Virus record (IMG/VR): IMGVR_UViG_3300019935_000001
Location: 36,145 to 100,144 of that record
Origin: a virus
Lineage: Duplodnaviria > Heunggongvirae > Uroviricota > Caudoviricetes
DNA length: 64,000 nt
Strand: one strand, 5' to 3'
Every line of letters begins with the position of its first letter. Position 1 is the stretch's first letter. A model generated the notes under the pieces. The model did not search any database and had not been told where the DNA came from. It saw only the letters and a list, made by a program, of their open reading frames with translations. The position numbers and the translations under genes are program-made. Positions 18,857 to 27,401 of the stretch are shown in pieces.

Positions 18857-19214
18857 TCATAACCCTTGTTAAATATAGTGATAATTTGCATTTGAAAGCT
18901 AAAGCTATATATTGAACGATCGATCTTGAAAATGCTAGGAAAATCTGAAATCACATAACAACTGGTACATCTGAAGTTGAGTAAAGGAGGGCCGCTGGCT
19001 GTAGGTTGATCCAGCCCACAGTCTAATTCTGTGAGAGTTCGGCTAAATTGCCTGTAGACCGTCTGACTTTGTACACTTAGCGATCTTTTGTTCTAGTTAG
19101 AACGTTCATTCGGTTGTCCTGAGCCCCTTTGTACTACCAATCTTTCTCGGGCGACTCCCCTGAAACGATCATTCACAATCTGCTTGTAAATCAATGACAG
19201 AGCAAGGATGAACA

Positions 19215-19745
19215 ATGATTGATACCAATGTCAGAGCAGTAAAGCCGAGTGAGTCCGGGTGGTCGCTATCTGTTGACCGGGATCTCTGTGGGCACTGCGG
19301 GAAACAAAGCACCTGTGAGTCACTGGGCTCCTTGAACAGCTGGCGAGAACAGCATGGGCAAACTATTCGCCTGAAAGAGTGCGGCGGGTACTCATATCCG
19401 ATTCTGTTTGTAGATCCGACAGGCACCGATGGCGAGTTCAACACGATCCGCCTGGGTGAAGCCTGGGCTGGCCGCCTGAGTCCGGGGGTAGAGGTCACGC
19501 TGATAGATAAGCCGGGTAATGTGCTGGGCACAGCGGTGGTAGAGCGGGTACATACGGGAGACAAGGAGGAGGTGATTCGAGAGCACGCCTACCAGAACCA
19601 CCTGTATGTAGAGTCAGGCATGGGGCAGGAGGAGGCCGGTGCTGACCTGCTGAGAAGACTGCCGAGCATTTATGGCAACCTGATTATGAAAAGCAACACG
19701 CGAGCCACAGTAATCTACCTCAAGAACAAGGATCTATTAAAGTAA
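19215..19745 (+). CDS. Hypothetical protein
   Basis: 176 aa with a long 5' region and no family recognised. Confidence 0.45.
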   Translation: MIDTNVRAVKPSESGWSLSVDRDLCGHCGKQSTCESLGSLNSWREQHGQTIRLKECGGYSYPILFVDPTGTDGEFNTIRLGEAWAGRLSPGVEVTLIDKPGNVLGTAVVERVHTGDKEEVIREHAYQNHLYVESGMGQEEAGADLLRRLPSIYGNLIMKSNTRATVIYLKNKDLLK

Positions 19746-19908
19746 GGGCTTACTTATCAATATGAGCCGCATTATGATTCTGGACTCACTCAAAAACATC
19801 GGCGAAACGGGGCTTGTAGCCTTACTCGGTGCTTTCGCTTTTGGTAGTGAAATCATCGGTATTCTTTTCTAATTACCATTCGATTCCCCAAGGAAAAGCG
19901 TTTATTTC

Positions 19909-19944
19909 GTAAGTCAGAGCTTATAAACTTATGCTCTGACTTAC
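19909..19944. promoter_or_regulatory. Extended palindromic promoter/operator element (GTAAGTCAGAGC-TTATAAACTTAT-GCTCTGACTTAC)
   Basis: 11-bp inverted arms of the TAAGTCAG family. Followed by the ACACGCACACAGAGGGGAC leader of the sbcD-like gene. Confidence 0.5.
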
Positions 19945-19968
19945 ACACGCACACAGAGGGGACAGAAA

Positions 19969-21045
19969 ATGACCAAACCGTTCGGGGTTGCATCCGATGT
20001 GCATCTCCATAACTGGACCGCTTTTGCTGAGTCCACAGCAGATGGAGTTAACTCCCGTCTGCGCATCATTCTTAACGAGCTGATCCGTGCCGCCCAACAG
20101 ACTCTCAAGTCTGGCGGTAAGCGCATGGTAATCACCGGCGACCTGTTTCACGTTCGCGGCTCTATCACTCCATCCGTACTGAACCCGACACTGGACACTT
20201 TTCGTCAGATCATAGACATGGGCATCGAAGAGGTCGATGTGCTGGCCGGTAATCATGACCTGGAGTCGAAAGACAGCAACGCACTGACTAACGCCTGTGA
20301 AGCGCTGAGCCAGCTGTCGGAAGTCATGGTTGTATCAGCAACAAAGATCGTTGATCGCAATCGGGCGGTGTATGTCCCGTGGTACGACAACAGTGACGAT
20401 CTGCTGGCAGAGATTAACCGTGCAATCGGCGAGCTGCCGGAGCCTGTTGGCGAGTACGACCTGTTCATTCATGCACCGGTGGACGATGTGCTGCCGAACA
20501 TGCCGGGTCACGGGATCAACCCTGATGACCTGAAGAACCTGGGCTTCCGCTATGTTTTCTCCGGCCACTATCACAACCACAAAGAAGTGCGCGATGGCGT
20601 GTTCTCTGTCGGTGCAACAACTCACCAGACGTGGGGTGATGTCGATTCAAAGGCGGGCTTCCTGCTCGTGAATGACAGAGGCGTTAGCTACTGGCCGTCC
20701 GAAGCACCTGCATTCGTAGATCTGAGCGCTGCAACCGTAACTGATGACGTCGAAGCGTGGGATCTGTGTTCTGGCAATTATGTCCGGGTGAAGCTCGATC
20801 AGGTTACTCAGTCCGAAGTGGCCGAGATCAAGAGCTGGCTGATCGACGACATCGGGGCGAAGAACTGCATTATCCAGGCAACTCCGAAGAACAAGGTTGT
20901 CAGTCGCACCAGGTCGTCGAAAGGCGGAACGCTGCGTGAAAGCGTTGGTGACTTTGTAGGCTCGAAAAATATGACAGTTGAAAAGAAAGATGTGCTGGCA
21001 GTGTGCGAAGACATTCTGACGGCGACAGCAGGGGTGACAGTATGA
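19969..21045 (+). CDS. SbcD/Mre11-like nuclease (T4 gp47-like)
   Basis: 358 aa. Calcineurin-like phosphoesterase motifs DVHLH, GDLFH and GNHD. Confidence 0.8.
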   Translation: MTKPFGVASDVHLHNWTAFAESTADGVNSRLRIILNELIRAAQQTLKSGGKRMVITGDLFHVRGSITPSVLNPTLDTFRQIIDMGIEEVDVLAGNHDLESKDSNALTNACEALSQLSEVMVVSATKIVDRNRAVYVPWYDNSDDLLAEINRAIGELPEPVGEYDLFIHAPVDDVLPNMPGHGINPDDLKNLGFRYVFSGHYHNHKEVRDGVFSVGATTHQTWGDVDSKAGFLLVNDRGVSYWPSEAPAFVDLSAATVTDDVEAWDLCSGNYVRVKLDQVTQSEVAEIKSWLIDDIGAKNCIIQATPKNKVVSRTRSSKGGTLRESVGDFVGSKNMTVEKKDVLAVCEDILTATAGVTV

Positions 21046-21368
21046 TTCAGATTAATGGCGTGACGATTAGCGGTGATGTCTCCCGGATGGACATCATAGA
21101 GGGAAAGATCATCGTTGACGGCGCTCAGGTCAACGGTATCGAACCTCCGATTCAGATTACCGGCAATGTTTCAAATCTCAGATGCGACCAGAGCGTAGAG
21201 GTTAACGGCGATGTCGGTAACGTCAGTGCGGGCGGCTCTGTACGTTGCGGGAACGTTTCAGGCAGCGCTGGTGCTGGAGGGTCTGTACGTTGCGGAAACG
21301 TTACCGGTAACGTTAATGCAGGTGGCTCTGTCCGCGTTGGCAGTATTTCCGGGGGGATGAAGCTGTGA
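21042..21368 (+). CDS. Small repeat protein (GGSVRCGNV repeats) between the sbcD-like and sbcC-like genes
   Basis: About 108 aa. ATGA overlap with sbcD. Encoded by three imperfect tandem DNA repeats of about 46 bp (21228-21340). Beta-helix or bactofilin-like repeat pattern. Confidence 0.4.
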   Translation: MIQINGVTISGDVSRMDIIEGKIIVDGAQVNGIEPPIQITGNVSNLRCDQSVEVNGDVGNVSAGGSVRCGNVSGSAGAGGSVRCGNVTGNVNAGGSVRVGSISGGMKL

Positions 21369-23290
21369 AGTTCAAGAGCCTGAAAATCGAAAATTTTCTG
21401 ACAGTCGGGGTTATCGAAGCGGGCCTAGCCAATAAGGGGTTGGTGCTTGTACAGGGGGAGAACCGTGATGACACCAGTCAGGACAGCAATGGGTCGGGCA
21501 AGTCTTCATTCGTGGATGCACTGTGTTGGTGTCTTTATGGATCGACAGCCCGAGGTGTTTCGGGTGATGCCGTAATCAACGACACGGCGGGCAAGAACTG
21601 CCGGGTTGTGGCCTCTATCGAATTTGATGGCGAAGAGTACAAGATCTCCCGCCACCGCAAATACACCAAGATGCGCAACCGCCTGATCGTTGAAGGCCCA
21701 TCCGGCGATCTGACACTGGGCACAGATAAGCTGACGCAGGAGGTCGTGAATAAACTGGTCGGTGCCACTGCAGATGTCTTCTGTGCGTCCGTATACGCGG
21801 GCCAGGAAAACGTCCCGGATCTGCCGGGCATGACAGATGTGAACCTGAAAGCAATCGTCGAAGAAGCAGCCGGTATTAACCAGCTCGATGCCGCTCATAA
21901 GCTGGCCCGCGATAAGAAGAACGCCATTCAGCGTGATCTGGAGAACGATAATCGTGATCTCCAGTACAACGAGCAGAAGCTGCAGGATCTGAACAGCAAT
22001 CTCGCCACTACAGAAGCCCGGCTCAAGCAGTGGAAGAGCAACCACGAAGTTCGGGTTGAAGAGGCAAAGCGAAACCTTTTTTCGGTGAAAGTCGAAAAGG
22101 AAAAGCTGACGAGCGACGCGGAGACAGCCCGGACGGTTGAGGAGATCACTGCTGACCTGAATGCGTTGTCTGCACAGCTGACTGATCACGGGACTGCAAC
22201 TAAGCAGCGACAGATGCTTACTCAGGAGGCGGTTGCTGTCGAGAAGAAGGCGGCCGTTCAGGGTGCAAAAGTCGCCACAGTCACTACAGAGGTGAAGCGC
22301 CTGAAGAACAAGCTCGACGCTGTGACCGGAAAGCTCGGAGAGCCATGCTCTGAGTGTGGCCGTGATCACGACGAGTCAACCCTGGGTGTCGCTCACCAAA
22401 CTGTCAAATCTGAGCTGAAAAGCAAAGCGCTTGAAATGAAGAGCGAGAAAGCAGAGTTGGCGAGACTCACAGAAGCGTATCAGAGCGCTGTACAGCGCGT
22501 TTCAGAGTTCACCGATGCGATGACCGATGTTAGCGAGATAATCGCCGCACAGAGCGAACTGAGCGAAGAGAGAGCCGCTGCCAGCGCCCGTAACGCGAAG
22601 GTAGAGGCAGCGAGCGAAAAACTGGGCCAGTGCGCTCGCACCTACAAGGCCGTTCTGCACGAAAACAACCCTTATGCGGACTCCTATGCGGACATTGCCG
22701 AGCAAATCAGAAGTCAGTCTGCCCTGATCGATGATGCCCGGACTGCGATCAAGGCCAAGGAATACAAGCTCGAAGTCGCAGAAGAGGCTGTGCATGTGTT
22801 CGGCCCGGCGGGTGTACGTGCTCATATCCTGGACACAGTGACTCCGTTCCTGAACGACAAGACCTCTGAGTACCTGTCTGTGCTTTCCGACGGCAACATT
22901 CAGGCCGTATGGAACACGCTCGGGACAACTGCGAAGGGTGAGGTTCGGGAGAAGTTCAATATTGAAGTCACCAGCGAAACCGGTGGCGACTCCTTCAAGA
23001 AACTGTCAGGTGGTGAGAAGCGAAAAGTTCGCCTGGCAACGTCTATGGCCCTGCAAGATCTGGTAGCGAGCCGAGCAACAAAGCCTATCGACCTATTCAT
23101 TGCAGACGAGGTTGATGCAGCTATCGACGAATCCGGGTTGGAACGACTGATGACAATCCTGAAAAGCAAGGCCGAACAGGTTGGTACTGTTCTGGTGATT
23201 TCTCACTCGGACCTGAAGAGCTGGATCAGCAACAGTGTGACGGTTGTGAAAGAGAAGGGCATGGCGCGTCTGGAAGGGTATGCACTGTGA
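21365..23290 (+). CDS. SbcC/Rad50-like ATPase (T4 gp46-like)
   Basis: 641 aa. N-terminal Walker A NGSGKSS, long coiled coil with CxxC zinc hook (CSECG), C-terminal signature/Walker B region. Confidence 0.8.
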   Translation: MKFKSLKIENFLTVGVIEAGLANKGLVLVQGENRDDTSQDSNGSGKSSFVDALCWCLYGSTARGVSGDAVINDTAGKNCRVVASIEFDGEEYKISRHRKYTKMRNRLIVEGPSGDLTLGTDKLTQEVVNKLVGATADVFCASVYAGQENVPDLPGMTDVNLKAIVEEAAGINQLDAAHKLARDKKNAIQRDLENDNRDLQYNEQKLQDLNSNLATTEARLKQWKSNHEVRVEEAKRNLFSVKVEKEKLTSDAETARTVEEITADLNALSAQLTDHGTATKQRQMLTQEAVAVEKKAAVQGAKVATVTTEVKRLKNKLDAVTGKLGEPCSECGRDHDESTLGVAHQTVKSELKSKALEMKSEKAELARLTEAYQSAVQRVSEFTDAMTDVSEIIAAQSELSEERAAASARNAKVEAASEKLGQCARTYKAVLHENNPYADSYADIAEQIRSQSALIDDARTAIKAKEYKLEVAEEAVHVFGPAGVRAHILDTVTPFLNDKTSEYLSVLSDGNIQAVWNTLGTTAKGEVREKFNIEVTSETGGDSFKKLSGGEKRKVRLATSMALQDLVASRATKPIDLFIADEVDAAIDESGLERLMTILKSKAEQVGTVLVISHSDLKSWISNSVTVVKEKGMARLEGYAL

Positions 23291-23835
23291 GTGCAGATCA
23301 GATCATCAAGGGGATATTCCGGAGGCACGACATTTGCGTGTTGGGCGAGGATACCGTCGCCCAACTATGGCAGATGGTTGACGGCTTTGAGGGTGATGTG
23401 ACCGAGGAAATGGCAAAACACCTGTCTGAGGAGGTTCAGCAGGAGATAGATGATGTTCTGCAGGGGCTATCACACTGGATTGATGCACGCTTGGTAGGGC
23501 CTGACCCCGTTAGTGCTGCTATCAAAGGCTCCCGCGACAGTGTGCGGGTTCTGTCCCCGACAAAGAGAGACAGCTATCGGGTTGAAGTAGTGGACGCCAA
23601 GGATGGAGGCGCTATTGATCGGCTAACTCGCAGTACGAAGTGGTTGGCGACAAACACTGACATTTTGAATCGGATGAATCCGAAAATCAGAGGGTCACAG
23701 GCAACGGCGGTATTTGTAGATGAATTTAACGAGTGGGGAAGCGAGGATTCTGGCTGCTCTGAACAGGAGCGGCGGTCGAGTGCTCAGTCCAGAAGAGACG
23801 AACGGTACGGGGAAGCCTATGGTGCCTTCGCTTAA
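23287..23835 (+). CDS. Hypothetical protein ending in a YGAFA-COOH tail
   Basis: 182 aa. GTGA overlap with sbcC-like gene. C-terminal motif shared with two other proteins in the window. Confidence 0.45.
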   Translation: MSADQIIKGIFRRHDICVLGEDTVAQLWQMVDGFEGDVTEEMAKHLSEEVQQEIDDVLQGLSHWIDARLVGPDPVSAAIKGSRDSVRVLSPTKRDSYRVEVVDAKDGGAIDRLTRSTKWLATNTDILNRMNPKIRGSQATAVFVDEFNEWGSEDSGCSEQERRSSAQSRRDERYGEAYGAFA

Positions 23836-24295
23836 AGCATACAGCCAGGAAGATCTGGCAGCGATCGCTCAGTACCTGGAAGACAACCCGAGCGAGGAGT
23901 TTGAGGTCGAACCTCCATCCAGCGGAATCTACACGGTGAAAACGGAAAACGGCCAATACAGAAGGCGCCCATTTACCAAAAGCAGCGTTGGAGGGCTTCG
24001 CTGCGTTGGCGGATACCTGGGGACGAGAGGCGACACGATCTTCCAGTTTAGGCAGGGCATGGAGCACATCCCCGTTGAAGTCCACGGCGAGCGCAGCTGG
24101 GTTATGGAGATCGGCAGCAAAGAGACTGCCCGTGAAGGGATGGGGCCCTTTATCGAAAGCATGATGGCGAAGGTGATGGAGTACAGGGCCAATCTTGCAG
24201 CTCTTGCAGCTCGGAAAGCAGAGGAAGAGAGCGGGGTCGACCACAGCATGATGTCCCGCTACTCCGACCAGGAAGATTTTGGTGCGTTCGCCTGA
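23819..24295 (+). CDS. Hypothetical protein ending in an FGAFA-COOH tail
   Basis: Start placed at ATG 23819, overlapping the upstream stop. An alternative earlier in-frame ATG exists at 23720. About 158 aa. Confidence 0.4.
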   Translation: MVPSLKAYSQEDLAAIAQYLEDNPSEEFEVEPPSSGIYTVKTENGQYRRRPFTKSSVGGLRCVGGYLGTRGDTIFQFRQGMEHIPVEVHGERSWVMEIGSKETAREGMGPFIESMMAKVMEYRANLAALAARKAEEESGVDHSMMSRYSDQEDFGAFA

Positions 24296-24330
24296 GCGCA
24301 CCGTTGTACCAACACACATACGAGATGACC

Positions 24331-24924
24331 ATGATTATAAACGTACTGGGTTGTGACCCGGCTCTGAGTAACTTTGGCCTGGCGCAGGCACAGATCGATA
24401 CTGACACTGGCGAGATTAAGCCGCTCCGTCTGGATCTGGCGGAAACCGCCCCCTCCAAGAACAAAAAGGTTCGCAAGAACAATGACGACCTTGAGCGGTG
24501 TCGAAAACTGACCGAGGCGCTGAGAAAGAACAGTAACGGCGCTTCTGTTTGTTTTGTAGAAATGCCGGTCGGCAGTCAGTCAGCGAGAGCAATGGCCTCA
24601 TATGGTGCATGTATGGGCATTCTGTCGGGCAGTCCGCTTCCGCTGATTCAGCTGACACCAAAAGAAGTGAAAGAGGCTGCGGTCGGAAACCCGAACGCCT
24701 CAAAAGAAGAGATGATTGCCTGGGCCTATGAGAAGTACCCGGATCTGAACTGGATTAAAGGGGATAGCCGAAGCAAAAACCCTGGCAATCTCGCCAACAA
24801 GAATGAGCACCTTGCCGATGCTATCGCGACCCTGCACGCGGGCGTTAACCATGAAGACTTCCGGTCTGTTGTCTCTATCCTGCGAATGACGCAGAGCGGG
24901 GGGTTCGGTGAGTTCGCACATTAA
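24331..24924 (+). CDS. RuvC-like Holliday junction resolvase
   Basis: Start moved to the ATG after the conserved leader CACACATACGAG. MIINVLGCDPALSNFGLA matches the RuvC N-terminal catalytic Asp block. Confidence 0.7.
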   Translation: MIINVLGCDPALSNFGLAQAQIDTDTGEIKPLRLDLAETAPSKNKKVRKNNDDLERCRKLTEALRKNSNGASVCFVEMPVGSQSARAMASYGACMGILSGSPLPLIQLTPKEVKEAAVGNPNASKEEMIAWAYEKYPDLNWIKGDSRSKNPGNLANKNEHLADAIATLHAGVNHEDFRSVVSILRMTQSGGFGEFAH

Positions 24925-25003
24925 ACTGCGCATTTGAGATTGGAGGGTATTCGCCTGATCACGAAAAAGGGCGTGGGGAGGGGGCATCAGCTCCCTTCTT
25001 GGG

Positions 25004-25393
25004 CTATGACTTGTCGTTGACCCCGAAGAGACCTTTAAGGATGAAGCCAACCAGCCCGACGACGATTGTCATCGAGGTTAGCATAGCTAAGGCTACGGTC
25101 TCAGGTATGGGTAAGTTAAGCTTCACCTGATGGTTCATGTAATAGAGCAGGCCAAACACTACAACCACGCACCACCAACACATGAAAAGAAATACGTGTC
25201 TTGCGAGATCTTCTTTCAATCGATTGTTCGTATGCTGCCCTTCAGCATGAGCGCGTGTAAGCGCTGCATTCGCTTTGGCCTGCACATAGTTGTAATCATG
25301 CCCTTGCTCGTTAAGTACAGACCCTTCTGTTTCCTGGACCTGTCGAGGGCTGTTGGAGCCCGCTCTGCCTCCTGCAAATGGCCCTTCTGTCAC
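25004..25393 (-). CDS. Small membrane protein with two C-terminal TM helices; candidate toxin partner of the Panacea-domain protein
   Basis: 129 aa. Translationally coupled to the upstream Panacea gene by a 4-nt overlap. Hydrophobic helices FLFMCWWCVVVVFGLLYY and LAMLTSMTIVVGLVGFIL. Confidence 0.45.
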   Translation of the reverse strand: MTEGPFAGGRAGSNSPRQVQETEGSVLNEQGHDYNYVQAKANAALTRAHAEGQHTNNRLKEDLARHVFLFMCWWCVVVVFGLLYYMNHQVKLNLPIPETVALAMLTSMTIVVGLVGFILKGLFGVNDKS

Positions 25394-25920
25394 AGTCCTT
25401 TCACGCTCTTTGGGTTTTCTACAACTTTCTGAAAGTGGTCACGAATTAGGGCGTTTGGTATATTCGCAAACGGGCGATCTTTTCCACCATTCTTGTTCCA
25501 AACTTCGTCCCACGGTGTGTCAGCCCGGTGGGTTAGATCCACGAGATCCATAGCCTCCTGTTCACCATAAAGATCAAGAACGCCTCTGATGACCGTCATA
25601 TCATCCTGACTGAAATGGACGGAAGGGGGCCCAAATTCACGGATCTTGCTTGAGCCATGATGCTTGTATTCATGGTAGATGGCTTGAATCACAGGCCCGA
25701 ATTTCCAAGCCTGGGTGTCATCCATGTACAAAGCTCTTCCTCTCCAGCCAAGCATATAGCCGTGCGCAATGTACGTCAGTTTTTGCAGCTGAAGGTTTGA
25801 AAGGAAAATACTCTTCTGTGCTGCCACATGAAGCATCATCTGAGCCACATCGGTGGCATTGTGCAAAATGCCGGTTTCCTGCTCGACAGCGGAGCTGGCT
25901 GTGCTGGATGTATTTGTCAT
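25390..25920 (-). CDS. Panacea-domain (DUF4065, SocA/PanA-like) putative antitoxin
   Basis: 176 aa. LQKLTYIAHGYMLGWRGRALYMDDTQAWKFGPVIQAIYHEYKHHG matches the Panacea domain core (KLxYxAxG..W..GPV...Y..Y). Confidence 0.65.
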   Translation of the reverse strand: MTNTSSTASSAVEQETGILHNATDVAQMMLHVAAQKSIFLSNLQLQKLTYIAHGYMLGWRGRALYMDDTQAWKFGPVIQAIYHEYKHHGSSKIREFGPPSVHFSQDDMTVIRGVLDLYGEQEAMDLVDLTHRADTPWDEVWNKNGGKDRPFANIPNALIRDHFQKVVENPKSVKGL

Positions 25921-26321
25921 ACCTAACCCTCCGTTGTGTTGGGTTTTACTGTATATATTGACAGTGTTAGATCATTTGATTTTATGTTGGAGAGAGCCTG
26001 CGTGCAAATTTAATTGAGTTAAATTTATGACATCCGGCGTGTAGATTGAGGTTGCGCTGACAGAACAAGATAGAGGGGGTTATGATGCTGCAAGGGATTC
26101 AGTGGTCATATCGATACTGCGACATGATAAGAATATTGGCCGTGACGAATGGTTAATCGAAAAGACTTTTCTTTGACCCTTTCGTGTGAGCGCGAAGTAC
26201 GGATATTGATCTGTAGGGTCAGGCCCTAGTGGCCTGAATAGCTAGCTAGTCTAGCTACTGTGCAAGCCTGAGAAAAGCAGGCTGCAGATCTTCGCTTTAG
26301 CTGCTGCCAATCAGCGTAATT

Positions 26322-26567
26322 TTACTGGTAACAGTCCTCCTCGGGGCAATCGATTTCTCCTTCCCCGTCGCATTTTTCGCACTCAACCTCATAAAGAACC
26401 CCCTCTCCATCACATGAGTGACAGCTCTTGAGTCTCCCCTCATCATCCGGGTACAGCCCTGTGCCATTGCACTGGTGGCAATCCCGATCTAGCAAGCCTC
26501 CATTACAGTTATCGCAGTGAATTTTTCCTGTATCCATACATGTTGTGCATTTAATAGCTTTACACAC
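26322..26567 (-). CDS. Cys-rich mini-protein with five CxxCxGxG DnaJ-type zinc-finger repeats
   Basis: 81 aa: CTTCMDTGK, CDNCNGG, CHQCNGTG, CHSCDGEG, CEKCDGEG. Isolated within a 1.5-kb low-coding-density region. Confidence 0.4.
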   Translation of the reverse strand: MCKAIKCTTCMDTGKIHCDNCNGGLLDRDCHQCNGTGLYPDDEGRLKSCHSCDGEGVLYEVECEKCDGEGEIDCPEEDCYQ

Positions 26568-27354
26568 AGCGTTTGCCTCATAGTGAGTTGGTGATTTGAT
26601 CCCTCACTACGTCCAAGCTGCACGCGACTACCCTGAGACAGCCGAGGGTCAGTTTGGCAACTTGTGACGCAGAGGGGATACGACCTTCGCGTCAGTGCCA
26701 AAGCACCGGCCTTATTTATATGGGGGGTGGAACGTAGAATCCAAGAGGCTTTAGACTGAAAAGTGGCAGATCTAACCTGTATGGCGAGAAATGCCGCTTA
26801 ATTCGTAAGTTGAGACTACGGAATCAAAAATAAAACTATATTCAATATCGACCTCCGTCTCGTACAGAAAGCAGGAGTTTATGTACAAAGTAGACACCAC
26901 TATATCGGATACGAGCGGCCCCTGACTCTGCATCGGGAGATCGCTATTGCCGCACAGGTACGACCAATTGCAGGCGTGAACTTTAGTCGCTAGGTAACCA
27001 GCTAACCGGCGGCCTCTTTTTCCGAGCCAAAATGTAGTTATCCAGACAAACCCGGCGATGCAAGGCTCTTGTCTGGATGGGATAGATGGGATTAAAGAGA
27101 GAGCTTCAGAGAGAGCTTCAGAGAGCCGAAGAGGGAGCCGACTGAGTTTTTGCCATTCATTTAGTGCTTGAAAGCCGAAACGCCGGGCTCGCCTTATTCC
27201 CCTTGAGGTCGGCTTCTTGTTTGGCTGGTCGAATAGTGAAAGTCCCATCCTTGATTCCTACTTACAGATCGCAACAGACAAATCCTAGATTAGCATTCTG
27301 TAAATTCCAGTAAATTCCCAGCTTTTTAAGCTAAACCATAAATGAGCCTTTATA

Positions 27355-27377
27355 AATAAGTAGTAACTGACTTATAA
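27355..27377. promoter_or_regulatory. Palindromic promoter/operator element upstream of nrdA (ATAAGTAGTAACTGACTTATAAA)
   Basis: Member of the TAAGT..CTGACTTATA family. Followed by the leader CACACACATGGGAGAC. Confidence 0.45.
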
Positions 27378-27401
27378 ACTTTGTAACATGCTGCGCACTC
27401 A

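Noticed and set aside
26772-27248. ORF 26772..27248 (-) 158 aa
   Set aside because: It contains the EALSEALS peptide derived from the 14-bp tandem DNA repeat. It has no start context and sits in a low-coding-density island. Possibly a decayed gene, but not called.
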